From NCBI GenBank assembly GCA_028023455.1, contig JAQFVV010000010.1, positions 16,244,001 through 16,308,000 on the forward strand: 64,000 nt of DNA. The letters run 5' to 3'. Position 1 is the first letter of the stretch. The number at the start of each line of letters is the position of its first letter. Shown here piece after piece: positions 26,537 through 40,619 of this stretch. Below the pieces are notes generated by a model. It ran no database searches. It was not told where the DNA came from and saw nothing but the letters and a program-made list of their open reading frames with translations. Source of the stretch: Epiperipatus broadwayi. Lineage: Eukaryota; Animalia; Onychophora. Made by a program: the position numbers and the translations under genes.

Positions 26537-27511
26537 GTATGTGACTGCAATTAATGAGGCTCGGAAACATATCCTTTGAGATTTTTTTTTTTTTTTTAAA
26601 GATATGTTTAGTTAATGGAATCATAATAATTGTCATTATCACTTATATGATAATTCTAACTTCAGAGGCGTTAAAGATGGTGGGGATATGAAATTATGTG
26701 AAATCAGTTTGTGAAACAGCATGCTCCAGCATATTTTATATGATGATTATTTAATCTGTTTATTATTGCAGCAAACTTTTTTTTTCTGAAAAATTAAACA
26801 CTTTCTATTCTCTTCTATCTTCAACCATTTTTTCTGAGATTATATTTATAATATAAATAGGGTTTGTTTTATGAAAATCATACTTCTGATTACCCCCCCC
26901 CCTTTTTTTTTTTTTGGAAGCCAGTTACTATTCATTCATTTCATATGCCAATTTGTAAAATATATACCTTATAATATGAATTTAATATAGGGATCTCTTT
27001 GTAGTATTGTTAATTGTTTTAAGCTTACAAATAGCTAAGTTTCTTTACTCAATCTTAAAAAATTTAATATTTTTCAAAGGAAAAATTGTTTTTAAATTTA
27101 ATTTAAAATTGTAAAAATTTAATGTTGGAATTTATAAAAAAAATATCATGTTACACCATGTTGTCTGTGATAATTTTTTTTTAACCTCTTCATTGGATTT
27201 TTGGAAACTTCGATTTAATATATACTTTTTATAATAACTTCACTTTGCATTATGCAAAAATCAAATGGTATATGTTATCAGAAAAATAATATACTAAGGG
27301 AATATAATAAAACTGAAAAATAGACATTATTATATATTCAAAATAGTAAAAAAAAAAATTTATACATTTATTATATTTCTTCATAAATACCAAAATTTAA
27401 AGGGTAAATTTAAAAATTATATATTTAATAATAGGCTCATTAAATTAAGTTTTCTCTGTGTGGTGGTATTTTTCACTTCAATTTTTAAAAAAAATTAATT
27501 AATTGTTCAAG

Positions 27512-27569
27512 GATATCTGGTGTGAAACTGCCTATGTGGAAAGCAGAATTGACTTGTCATCTGCAGTAG
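27512..27569 (+). CDS. Candidate exon (DIWCETAYVESRIDLSSAV)
   Basis: ttgttcaag acceptor, TAG|gtaaat donor, open in phase 0, GC-richer than the flanks. Confidence 0.35.
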
Positions 27570-28182
27570 GTAAATAATGTTAGCATTTATATTTCAGTCC
27601 ATGTTTAGTAGATAACTGATGTTAGCATATATTTCAGTCCATATAATAATTGTTTTTATTAATTAAATACAAAAATGATTTTTCACTTCAAATTGTCTTA
27701 TATTGACTATATTAGGAAATGTATCAACTCATAAAAATTAAATATGCTACTTTTTTAATACCTTCACTTTTAAACTTCATATTTAGAGTGATGGAGAAAC
27801 TCTTGTAAATTACAATCACATCCAGTAAACTGAAAAATCTACTAGTCTTATGATTTTGCCATTGTATTTTTCAAAATAATAAAAATAAGGGATCCCTGCA
27901 TCACTTCAATGCAATAAATTGGGCAAAATAACAGACCTATATTTAAGTAAAGTTATACTGCTATAATGAATCTGTTTTCCAAGTCCATATCTAACTAATT
28001 ATACAGACACTTTTTCTAATTCATAATAAAAGTTGTAATTTTTTTTTCTTTAAATTTTTTGAGCATTAATTTATATTAAATCAAAGTTTTATAAATTACA
28101 TCCAAAATATTAAAAATATTTAAATAAATCATGATATAATATAAAATATCTTTATATAACAACAATAATTGTATATATATGA

Positions 28183-29000
28183 TCTATATATAAAAAATCC
28201 ATATGAATGTATGTTTGTCCATAATGCTGTTACGTGTCAAATTCACAACCAATAAAAAAAAAATATTACGTTCGTCCATAATTAAAAAAAAAACAACAAC
28301 TTTAAATTTGTTTTTATAAATAAATAATTATACTTAACTAAATCTTATTTTATATTATGAATATTTTATACAAATGAAGTAATTCCATCCTTTATATTTA
28401 GTAATCTCTAATATTTATTACAAAGCATATTTTATGCAAAGGAAGTAAGTCCACCATTAATAACCTTAATTTTTTTATAAGGCATTTTGTGCAAAGGAAG
28501 TAATTCCTTATATTTAAGATGATTATGAGCATTTTATTCAAAGTAAGTAATTTGCAAAGCAAAAGAAATTTGTTAAAGCAACCAATTAAAAAATATATTA
28601 TAAAAATGATGACTTTTCAGACTGGATTTCTCATATTTATATAATATTAAAATCTTTTGTTTAATTTACATTATATGTTTAAAAAAATTGTTAAAACAAC
28701 AAATTAAAAAAAAAAGATGGGCTTTCCATAGGCCGAGTACATGTGGCAACAATAATACAGAAAAACTTAGAAAAAATATTGATTTTTGCCATTTTCATTA
28801 CACCTGGGTCTCGTTTTACGCGATAGATAGGTTCCTCAGAAAACACGCGCAAAAGAAATTGCACAAAAATAGACGTAACTTACCTTGAAAAAGGGGGGAT
28901 ACGGACTGTAATTTTTCAAAAATCGCATAAAAGCAAAGCACCAACATAAAATTACTTTAAAATTCGCGCAAAAAAAAATAAGGAAATAAAATATGACTAG
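28183..29000 (+). mobile_element. Possible non-autonomous Helitron
   Basis: A|TCTATATATAAAA start and CTAG|T end fit Helitron insertion rules; internal repeats of ttttatgcaaaggaagtaa. No convincing subterminal hairpin. Confidence 0.35.
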
Positions 29001-29149
29001 TAAAAAATTTTAAATTTGAAAAAAATTGATACAAAACAAACTTTTTTTAACTATTATTGAAAAATGTGTAGATGTTAAGATTTATTTTATTGACCTTAAA
29101 AATATATGTGTTAGGGTAAATGGGATTATTTCATAGTTTGTTTTTTTTT

Positions 29150-29580
29150 TTAAAGAAAATTATTAGATTGGGAATCCTTGATTGATATTTAGATTGACAG
29201 AAAATGTAGATATGAACTGTGTATGTGATCGATCTTCCAGAAATAAAAATGTAAAAGCAGCAATATTATTTTTCTCCTGTTTTGTTTAATATTTAGATGA
29301 GTTGTTTAATATGTTACTTTGATAAGAATGATATCGGATTTGCTAATGATATAATAGTATTTGCAAGTAGTAAGGATAATTTCAGCAGAATGGAATAGAT
29401 AAAATTTGTGAAAAATATCAAATGAAAATAAATGCAATAAAACTGTAAGATAGATAGAACAAATAAGATGAAAAATTGTACTTAGTCTGGAAATTATAAT
29501 GCAAATTGAAAATAGTGATAAATTAAAAAGTAAGAATTAATGGCTAAATAAGTTTTTTCTGCTAATTAATGATGATGATT
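29150..29580 (+). mobile_element. Decayed RTE-like LINE 3' fragment
   Basis: FANDIIVFASSKD (~FADD..) then ..MKIN..; ends in a (gat)n tail near 29570. Confidence 0.5.
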
Positions 29581-30244
29581 GAAAAATACATTACCTGATT
29601 TTGGATTGTTTATGTATATATTATTGTATTTTGTCAATATTTGGTTTGTTCTAATTCAAAAGAGTTAATATTTTGGTATTACAAATTTTTTTCTTAAAAT
29701 ATTTTTTCATATTTAAAATTTTTCATCCTAAAATGCCAATTTTGCATTTGTAAGTAATTTTGAGGATGAATGTGGTTAATAAATTGTGAATTGTCTTTTA
29801 ACAATAAATTTTATTTTTTTATTTAGTATTGTATAATTAATTTTTTTTAAAAATCTTTTTTTGTGATTTGAAATGAAATACACTGCTTCATGTCATGCAT
29901 TGAAATGAGCCTAATGATGCTTTTTATATGTGAAGTTGTAAATATTTTCATTTTTTTTTATGCATATGCATACTTATATCCATATATAATTAAGCATATT
30001 TAGAAGAGAGTCTCTTTTTTATGACAAAATGATGGATTACCTAGTAAATATATTCCTTGCATTTAATCATTCAATGGATTTTAAAATGTAACATAAAAGT
30101 TTTTGTTAGATTAATATCAAACATCTTGAGAGATCTAAGAGTTGATTTAATTTGTCAGAAAATGATAGCATAATTTATATAGAAAATTAAAAAGAGTGTA
30201 AAAAAATTAGTTAATGTATATCATTAATCATTACTAATTCACTG

Positions 30245-30650
30245 TAAAACCTAGTTTCTCTGATCCATGGCTTCTGTTCTTGACATTAAACCAGCAAACT
30301 CCCTTATCCATCCATGTAAATCTCTTGGGATTCTTTTTAAAACTTTACTTGCTCATGTATATTTATTATTTCAGGTGATATGTCCGGCCCAATTATTTTT
30401 TAACTCTTTAATTCTTTTAATGCTGACATTAATGATTATTATCTTTAATCTATATATTTTGCTTTCATTCCTCAATCCTAACATATATCTTTCCAAACTT
30501 CACATTGCGTTGCTTTTCTATTAAATCGTAAGTCTTACATCAATAAATAAGCAAGCACTGATAAAGACATTTATTTAAAACTCCTTTTCAAGCATGTGGG
30601 CATATTCTAAAAAATATTACTTCTAGCAAAAATGACTTTATACATATATG
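30245..30650 (-). mobile_element. RTE LINE 3' fragment
   Basis: IKELKNNWAGHIT and ..WIREFAG.. match RTE C-terminal motifs. Confidence 0.65.
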
Positions 30651-30699
30651 TTTATAAAATAATAATTAGAAGTATTTTAGATTAGGAAAAGAAATTTAA

Positions 30700-31524
30700 A
30701 GTTGTTGTCGATTAGCCTCCGCACACCGGCTGATGTCGCTGTTTCCATGCAAAAATACAGAAATATACTGCTCATGCGGCCTATAGAACAGTTCTGTTTA
30801 TGGCTGCTAAGCAGCTTTTGTGCTTCGCGGTACTATCGCATACTTCATAGATCGCTACAGTTCAAGTTGTCCTAAGTCTTTGCATGTGCATTCGAAGTAC
30901 TTATTTTTTATACGACCTGACATAGTTTTAGATAGTATTAATTGTAAGACAAAAGATGCGCTTCCATACACATATTTTTAAGGTTAAATGAATTTCAAAA
31001 GTGTACTTTCCAGCATTATATAGAAATCACGCGTAAAATGTATTTTGCGCAGGGACAGTTACAAGTCTTTCAAAACATAAGTTTGGCTTGATCAGAGGGG
31101 AAGTTTCAAATCGAATTGTGTTTTGTAAATTGTTTTAAAATAGTGTTGAAAATTTTTTTTTTTTGATCAGATGTTAATTGAAAAAAGGAAATATTAGATT
31201 TTATTAAATAATTTTGATTTTAAAAATATTATTTATGTTGTGATGGACAATCCTTCAGATCTGCAAAACCATCAGATCCCCCTCTCTGCCAATTCCTGCG
31301 CTACATGCTGAGATGAATGTTTTAAAAATTGTCTCGCATGTGATGGACGATCCTTCAGATCGGCAAAGACATCGGATCCCCTCCCTGCGAATTCCAGTGC
31401 TACGCGCTGACATGTAGTGGAGAAAAAAAGTAAATTGTAAATCAGCCCGGTAACATTATATCTATTGGTTTTTGACTAGCAACAGTGACATCAGGCAGTG
31501 TGCGGGGGCTAATCGACGATAACC
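30700..31524. mobile_element. MITE-like DNA transposon with ~45-bp TIRs and 8-bp TSD
   Basis: agttgttgtcgattagcctccgcacaccggctgatgtcgctgtt vs aacagtgacatcaggcagtgtgcgggggctaatcgacgataacc; AAATTTAA flanks both sides (30692-30699, 31525-31532); internal ~95-bp duplication at ~31240-31415. Confidence 0.85.
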
Positions 31525-31789
31525 AAATTTAATATATAAATATATTAGATGACCAGAAAAAAACATTTTATCTGCACATTTAAATAGAATAGAAAAGATA
31601 TTTATACTTAACATTTATATGTTTGTATTGATGACAAATTTAAACTCATTGCTATTGAGAAATAATTTTTTTTTTTATACATACTGTTTTCAATATTTAA
31701 ATTTTTGTATAAATTTTAAATTTTTTAAATTTATTAACTTTTTTGGTTTGTTGACTTATTTATGGATTTTAAACTTCATTTTAACTTTA

Positions 31790-34560
31790 TTAAGAAATCA
31801 TAAATACATAACATATTGTGCCAGACCGTAAAACGTCCATGCACAAGATGGCTGTAGCCAACAATTTGGCACAGCTAAATTTATTGAATTCATTAAATAA
31901 AGGAATAAATAAAGAGAGTTGGTCTATACTAGATTTCCATCTCCTGGCATACACAACTAACACATATATTAGTTATTTTGAAATAATAACCCACTATAAA
32001 TGTGTCATTTATTGTAAATGTTCTAATATGTATAATAACACACTATAAATGTATCATATTTATTGTAAACGTATATGTATAAAGATTTTTGGATATATTT
32101 TTTCTCTTTTTGATAATTTTTAAAATGCTTTTCTTTTATTTTAAATATATATATATTTTATGTGATTGACAAGAATCTTCCGTTTAAAAGGTAGATTTAA
32201 TTAATCTTTGTTTTTCTATTTTTACTTTTTTGTATGCAATCGGGTAGTTTTTTTTTAATTAATTAATTTGTAAATTATTTCCAAATTTGTTATCTAAAGA
32301 ATGTGGGTGGTCTATTACTCCAATATGGAGTTTTGAAATTCCTAAAAAGAGATTTTTGAAACATTTTATAAAGAATGTACAAAAGTAAAATTATCTGACG
32401 CAATAGCTCGAAGGGGGATGTAAGTAATTGAAACTTGTGGGCGGACGGGGGTATACAATAACCTACCTGGGAGGTGAACAGTTTTAGTTCTTATTAGGGT
32501 TGGACGGAGAGAGCCACAATAACCTACCTGTGAGGTGAAGAATAGATTGATTTTTTTTATTGGAACGAAAGAGAGCTACATGAATCTATATGTGGTTAAG
32601 TTAAATTATTGGTTTTATTTGGAATGAGAGGAAGCCACATGAATCTATACGTGGTGTAAAAGATTAGTGATTAGTATTGAACTGAGAGAGCAAGATGACT
32701 CTATATGTGGTGTAAAATATTATTATTGAATGGACAGAGCTATAGAACCTACCTGAAAGTCTTTCCCGGTGGTTTGCGCAAATATTAACTAAAGCCACCA
32801 ACACATATATGATGTGGAAAATCATATAAGCATACGCCGTTCAGCAATCAATCAAGAAAAAAGGAAAATATTTTGGAGTACCATGACTAAAATGACAACC
32901 AAGTTTCATCTAGTTACCTACAAAAGCATGGAGTAGAAAAAAACGTAGCAGTACACCCGCCAGTTCAGATACGTAGTCGTCAAGATGGGTGTGTCAGACT
33001 CGGTATACCCTGATTGAAGGATGCTACACGAATGGCGAGTAGTTAAAGTGAATGTCACCGTCCTTTCTGGTAGTTGAGATGGTCCGCCCGGAAGTTTGAA
33101 CCTGGAGAGCAAGCAGATAGAGATGAGTAAAAAAAAAAATGTGTTTATAATTTTTTTTTTTATAGTTTGTTATTTGTATTTTTTTTTTTAAAGTGTATAT
33201 AACCCGGATAATTGTAATAGTTACTAGCACATGATAAAATATAATAATTTTTTTTTTGTTATTATATGAAATATTGTAAAATAATATTACTTATACACAG
33301 ATCTCACTCAAACCCACTAAAAATATAAGATTATTATTATTTCTTGTTCTTTTACTCCCTTTTCACCTTTACCTCTTATTTAATGTTAATCATGGCGGCG
33401 TCACCTTACATGGAGTGACGTATATAGCCGGCCTATACATTTTTTTTTTAAAATTTTTTTGTATTAAAAAAAAAAAATCTATATGCGTAAAATATTATTT
33501 TACGTACTCAAAGGTAAAGGTGTATCTAATCTTATGTGCAGCTGGGGAAAGTTCAAGGGGTTAGATCTGTGTATAACTTATTTTAGTAATTTGGGAATTT
33601 ATAAAATAAAACATTCGTTGTTTTGTGCAGGGAGAGGGAGTATAGACCATTCACACATTGGCATCCATATTTAACCTTTTGTATTTATAGCAATTAAGTT
33701 AACTCAGATATAAATTAGAAAATTGATTTTTTTTTTTTTTTGTTTAATCAAATTGTAGATCTCGAACATAAAGATTTAGATATTCTTGTGTAATTATATG
33801 TAGAACCATGCAATTGGAATAGAAAGACCTATAATTAATTTATGACTCACTATTTTAATGTTTAAAAATATATGTGGTGGAGGGGGGATTTTAGTTAAAT
33901 AAATTATATATTCTCATACTTTATTTGTTATTGTATAATGTATTATAAAATAAAGAAAATTAATAATAATAAAATATAATCACCTATTTGTGATGTTTGC
34001 TGACCACGGCTATAAAAGTTATAGCAATACTTATTTAAAGTACCATGAGATAGAGAATTAGAAATGAGCTAGCCATCGGGATATTATATCAGGGAGTTAA
34101 ATTAGAATATATTTTTACTCAGTTTTCCTTCACCTAAAGAAAATTTATGTCTAAGAACAGAAAAGAAATTTCTCTTTGCATACTCTCTCGACAGATAGGA
34201 AAGGGAAAATTATTTAATTTTTTTGCTTTCTTTTATTCTGTTGGGGATGGCGCTAAGGGTTGTCAAGTTAGTACAATCTTTTAAAGGTATGTGAAGAGCG
34301 AGGGAAAACGTCTACTGGGCAAATAGATATTGGGGTGGAAATATAAGTGGTTTAACAAAGAAAGATTTTTAATTGAAATCAAGTTTCTTTCTTCTAATAA
34401 TCAGTAACGTAATACTCGTTTGTATTTAACCCCGGGTATTATCGATCTCCCATTTTAAAAATGTACACGTCATTTCATGCTCATGACGTACACCGATGCA
34501 GTTAGAGTATCAATTTTGAAATAGATAAAGGGTATGGGATTCGAACCAGTACAATATGAT
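31790..34560. mobile_element. Family X copy D (distant relative, right hairpin missing)
   Basis: Collinear short matches to copy A: tataagc..aatattttg..gactaa, a pyrimidine patch ending cttatttaat, atctcccat, and gggattcgaaccag. Similar overall length. Confidence 0.45.
32445..32760. repeat. Diverged tandem array of ~50-60-bp units
   Basis: About six units of gga..gagagccaca..ctatatgtggtg plus an AT-rich remainder. Confidence 0.75.
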
Positions 34561-37500
34561 CTCTAAAGTTTATTTGTTTAAAAAAGTTTGAAAATCATGA
34601 GTTCTGTGTTTATCTTTAAAAAAAAAAAAAAAAATTAAGAAAGTAATAATAAAATGATGGAAATGGATTATTTGTTTTAAAATTGTCATTAATTATAAAT
34701 GACTTTTTAAATTTCATTTAATTTTTTTTTAAATATAATCTTGAATCATATATTTAAAAAACTAAATAAATTCAGGTATTGTAAATAAATAATATATACA
34801 CATTTATTTTAAAACAAAATTAAAGAAAAAAGTATATAAATCAATAAACCTAATTGACAAGAACACTATGTTTCTATTTTGTCTTTTGTTGTTGTTTCTT
34901 TTTTTTTTTTTCTAGGAAAAATAGTTTTTTTTTTTTAGACAGAGAAAGTTGTTTGGAAAGATAAACATCAATTAATATGTTTATAACCAACTTCTAAAAA
35001 TAGATTTTAATGAAAGGAAAAAAAGGATAGGAAACTAATTGGCAATTTTTTTTATTATTATTATACAAAAATAAATATGCAGAGTGTATGTATATATAAT
35101 ATACAATTGTTTCTCTACTTTCGTACATTCTATTTTTGTGTAATCTTTTATTTCATACACATTTCATACTTTTGATTTTTATCTCTATATGACAAAATGC
35201 ACATACTTTCATGTAATGATTTTCTCTTTCTCGTGGACTATTTATTAGTCACTAATCCCTCCCCACCTCCAACATTAATCACCTCCATTTTGGGCATCAC
35301 AAGTACTTTCACATATATAGTGTAAAAATATTGCAGACATAAATCTTTTAAATTTATTATTTTTTAAATGGGATAGAATATTATTGTTGTAATTTAATGT
35401 TATTGTATATTAAAGTAATGGAATTTTCCAGTCAAATTATTGCTTTGCTTTTCTGGTTAACAAAACTAGAGCATACTGATATTTTAAAAAGAATTGAGGT
35501 TTATAAGAGGGGAATGTATTTTTAATCTAATGAAACTAGTAATTCAGAAAGAATTGAGAACCAAAGAAGTACCTAATTAACAGAACTGCATCTGTATTTT
35601 TTTAATAAAGTTTGATTCAGATTTTGGTGAATATTTATAAACTTAAAATTATTAAGTGTTAAATAGAATTAAATTTATCAGATTCTAATTGCACTGACTT
35701 ATAATTTAACTTATAAGTTTATATTTACCAGATGGCATAGAGAGAAATGAAGTTGCAGCTTTATCAATTTTTTTTATAAGTCTTAAGATATAAGGGCTTA
35801 TTAAAGTTTACAATGTAATTCTAAAATAGAGATGCTAAGAAGTGCCAAGTAATGACAAAGCCTAATTATCCTCTTTGCTTTTGAGCTGTGACTAGAAATG
35901 CAGTCATACATACATGATCATAATTAAATGATAGGATCTCTAAAGATGAAGTTATAGAAAGAAAAAAAAATCAGTTAGTATGTTGTATATGCATTGTTGA
36001 TATATATAAGCATTAAATTTACCTTATAATAAAATTGAACTGTGAAATAAGTTAAAAATATAACATGAATGATAACTTTTATTATTATTGAGGTTTTAAA
36101 ATTTGTGTATTTAATATTCTTAGTATTTGAAAACTGTGCCCATTGTGAAGGATTCTTTGAAATCTGCTAGTTTTTTAACAGAATACAAGCTTATATATAT
36201 GAACATGTTTTTATGTAAAATGGAATCTAGAATCCCATTTATTTATTAAATTTGATAATTTATTGTAAGCACATTTTGGAAAAGTATGGGTCAACAAATC
36301 ATTGTAATAATATAGAGTGAATGAAAGATAAATTATTTGTTAGTTTTATTTGATGGAGAGATTTAACTTGGTTATTATCTATTATTAATGTTCACAACCT
36401 CTCATTTTTTAAAGATACACTTATATTTATAAAATCTGTTTATATATGTATTTAAAGGTAGTGATGAGTGATTTTGCATTACGATAATTTATATAAAGAT
36501 GTTATTACATAACAGTTGCCGTTACTTAAATAATTTATGTATGTACATTTAAGGTCTTTTGGCATTATCAATCTATCTCCAGAGCAAATGGCCTGAGGTT
36601 CAAATGTGAGAGAAGCTAAAATTTCTTCAACTAGCTCAGGATTTTCAAGAAAACTAGATTTTTTTTTCCCCAACTAACTACTCAATATCAAACATTTATT
36701 TAACAAATATTTAAAAATTAGATAATTTAATTATTAGCTGATAAGCATGATATTGTCTTATCTGTGTTTGTGGAGGAATCCAGAGAAACCATTGCTCAGA
36801 AGTCAGTTATTTAGTGATATTTTAACTATACACATGCTTATATTAAAATGAGTTTCATGGGTAAAAGATGTGAACATATATTTGTATTCATCCATATATG
36901 CACTGTATATTAATTTCTAATTTTTTTTTATGAGGAAAAATAATAAATAATACAATTAATATTTTTTTCTTTTGGATTTTAATTGTTATATCAAATTGAT
37001 TATTCAATCACCAGATCATCTTTTATCCATGATTATTAGTACTTGTTATATATTTCAGAAAGTTTAGCCATATTATAGTGTATATTTAAGCTTTATTTTA
37101 CTTTTATATAAATTAGAAATTTATAGCCTATTTTATATATATAGATTAAAATAGAAATTCATATAATATTACAATACTAGCCAAAAAACAAAATTTTACT
37201 AAAATTGTAGCTTTAGGCAGTATTTTATATGCATGTAAATTTCAAATATATATACAATTTTAGTGCTTATGTATAATTAAGCAATATCAATATTTGAAAG
37301 AGTTGTTTCATTTTTTCTATAACAATTGTAATGTTAAATTACCTCTTATTTTTCACCTCTTCAAGTTGAAAACTAATAAATTAATACAACAGGAGCAGGT
37401 CACTAACCACAACTAAGATTAATTAATACCTGTAGTTACTTTGTTACATTTCAAGCTTTTACATATATATGCATTCATTTTATTGTTCTCCGTTAAGATT

Positions 37501-38439
37501 ATAAATTACTGTTAAGATTGCAGAATCAGTTAACTTTCTGTCATGGGAGAGGGGTCTAGAATAATGAAATATTAATTTGGCAGAAGGTAATAAATATTTA
37601 TATATAGTTTTCTTAAATTTATTTTCCCTTCAGTTTTAAAAAAAGTTTTTTTTTTTTTTTGCTTATCTCATTAGTGAATGGTCATTATAATACAATTTAC
37701 TTATTTAGTTCCACCTTTGTTGCTAAACATTTTGCAATAAGTGTCTATCTATGTATTTATATTCATTTATTGTGATAATATTTTTATTGAAATTTTGAAT
37801 GCTTTTCTTCTTTTGTATATCTAGGGTCTAAAGCATTGTGATTTTGTTTTCATGTTTGTCAAATAGAAGATATCCAATAAAACATACTCAGTTCTTTATT
37901 TAAATATTCTACATCTTTTGTAAATTACATTTTTTTTATATATATAGAATTTTATTAATTCACTCTTGAAAGGTGATGTCAGTATTAGTGAAATATATAT
38001 ATATATATTTATTTTTTCATGCTACTTATTCTGTGATTTATAATTATTGCTGACATAAGTACTATAAAACTTTAGGACTGTAAAGCTAGATCTTTCTTTT
38101 AGAATCAAGAGTATTATAGTTGGAATAGTCATACTCCTTTATAGATGACTGCAGCTGATGATCAGATAATTTTTTGAGAATTTTTACCATATTATTTTTA
38201 ATCATCATTTGTGATCATGTTTTCACTTATTTTTTTGATGCTAAAAAAAAAAAATTAACACAACTGAAAATTTAGATAGATTCATAAAAAAGTTAATGTT
38301 TGATGAAAGAGTGAAAGAAATGTTAATAATATCTTAATTGCTATAGTAGATAATATTCTTTGACTAACAGTTTGAGAATATTTCCTTTCTCCATTCTTCT
38401 GGAATGTACTTCTGTTTATTTTTTCATTTATTTATTTAA

Positions 38440-38950
38440 TCTAAGAATTTTTTGTATAGGTATCTGAAGTATTCACAAATCTCATAAAGAAATATGAAGA
38501 ATACCAACAATGAGCCTATTGACTTTAATAAATTCATTTTTTATGCCATAATTCTTTGATTGCTGAAAGGATTTGTGTGAACACTGACAATGGACATGCT
38601 GATTTAAGACATGTTTACATATGATAAACTTCATTTTGAGTTAATGGTAAATTTGTTCTTCTTAATAAATTGCACATTTTCTGTGAGGGTATTTGTTGTC
38701 TTCTAATGTTTATGGCGGAATAAGTGAAAGAATGGAAAACCACAACAAAGGTCAAGTTGAAAGTTCTTATAATATTATTCATATTTAATTTTATGGCCTG
38801 AAGTTTAGTGTGGGCATTTTCTTTTTCCAACACGATACAGTATTCAACATTAGAATATGCTTATGCTAAGGAAACTACTAATATGCTTATGCTAAGGAAA
38901 CTATCTTACATCTTTATCTCAAATAATTCCAGTCAGTTTTTCATTGAATT
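38440..38950 (+). pseudogene. Tc1/mariner (DD37D/maT-like) transposase remnant
   Basis: PIDFNKFIFYA, TYDKLHFEL-NG (~FSDEAHF.LNG), W..V*CGHFLF (~W..G+IGPYFF), TVFNIR (~TVN..RY). Confidence 0.55.
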
Positions 38951-38969
38951 ATTTTAAATGTAACTTTTA

Positions 38970-39200
38970 TCAGATGAGGAAAATTAATTAGGCTGCAGAT
39001 CAAAATCATGGATAAGTTAGGTTTTAGTTTGTTGTTCCATAAATTTACATTCAGAATACAATATGTGTCTGTGTGGTTTAGATGGGATGAAGAAAATTAA
39101 TTAAGCTGCTGATCAAAATCATGGATAAGTTAGATTTTAGTTTCATAAAGTTACACACAGTCTACAATATGTGTCTGTGTAGTTTAGATGGAAAGCTATC
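38970..39200. repeat. ~115-bp tandem duplication
   Basis: gatga(g/a)gaaaattaatta.gctgc.gatcaaaatcatggataagttag..caatatgtgtctgtgt.gtttagatgg occurs twice. Confidence 0.8.
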
Positions 39201-39959
39201 TGTACTGTCTTTGTGGATTAGAGTTAGAAATTCAATTTTTGAAGATTTTCAACATTTCATATCTTTGTTAAGAGAACGTTCTGTTTTTAAGAAAGATCAC
39301 TGATGATATAGTATGCCATTCTGTATTTACTGTGATGATCATTAAAGGATACTCAAATTTTTCTGGTGGAAAAACATTTTGTCAAATAAGTTCATAGTTT
39401 TCCTGCATTTAAAAACTTTAAAGACTTTTAGAAGAGAATCTTTATTTTGAAAACTTTTTTTATTGTGAGTAGTAGTTGAAGATGGCACTTATTTACAGTA
39501 ACTTGATTCTGGCTTAAATGAAATGTCTAATTTATTACAATAAATAAAAATATATATACATTTTTATAAAGTGCAAATATGAAAGAATGTTATAAAACTG
39601 ATAAAGTAGTCATTACCACAAAAAAATAATTAAAAAAGATTTTTCACATTTTTAAATATCTTTATTTTTACATTGGTTCACAAATTCTCAATTTTGAAAG
39701 GTATAACCTAAAATGACAATTTCATAGACAGCTTCATCACATTCGTCATAAAATGCAGAAAAAAATAATATATAACGACCTACCTGAGTTACAGATTGTT
39801 GGTGTAATGAGGCAGAAGGTGACAATTTCAGTTTCGTTTTTTTTACTAACAAGCCTAAATGTTCAATTTTTGCCAACAGTTGTTTTTCTAGGCCCTCTAT
39901 GCGGGATATCTATTAGAAATGCAAGGTTTTAGTGTGGATCAAAAAAAAATAACAGTAAT

Positions 39960-40500
39960 AACTTTAGTAAATTCTAAGTTATGAGGGTAAAAAATAATTA
40001 CTATATTATTGAAAAATCAGGGGTGGGGTGAGCTAAATTATGCATTATTTCATAGGAAACCATAATAGCAAAGTATGCTATAAAATAAATAAAAAGTTAT
40101 CTACAATGAAATGAATAAAAACATAGTAAATTCTAAGTTATGGGTATAAAAAATAATTACTATATTATTGGAATATCATGAGGAGGAGGGCGAGCTAAAT
40201 TATGCTTTATTTCACAGGAGACCATAATAGCAAAGTATGCTTCAAAGTAATTAAAAACTTATCTACAATGAAATGAATAAAAACATAGTATGTGATGAAA
40301 TAAATTAAAAATTTGTTTCTAAAATAAAATGAATAAAAACATAGTAAATTCTAAGTTATGGGTGTAAAAAATAATTACTATATTATTGAAATATCATGAG
40401 GGTGAGCTAAATTATGCATTATTTCACAGGAGACCATAATAGCAAAGTATGTTTCAAAGTAATTAAAAACTTATCTACAATGAAATGAATAAAAACAGTA
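39960..40500. repeat. Tandem array, ~3 units of 160-220 bp
   Basis: tagtaaattctaagttatg..gagctaaattatgc..accataatagcaaagtatg..tatctacaatgaaatgaataaaaaca repeated. Confidence 0.85.
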
Positions 40501-40619
40501 AATAAAATAAAATAAATAACCCAAAGGAATTACAAGCAATTATTATATATCAGTGGGAGATGATGATGATGACTGTTGATTCAGCATTGGGAGGCATTGT
40601 AAATTATTTAGAATACCAA

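Noticed and set aside
32445-32760. CRISPR array
   Set aside because: Eukaryotic context, repeats too divergent, spacers short and AT-rich, no cas genes.
36479-36673. Minus-strand exon FLENPELVEEILASLTFEPQ..
   Set aside because: Protein-like, but the acceptor is A-rich and weak and I recognise no homology.
38460-38513. Terminal exon VSEVFTNLIKKYEEYQQ*
   Set aside because: It lies within the mariner-like transposase remnant read in other frames.
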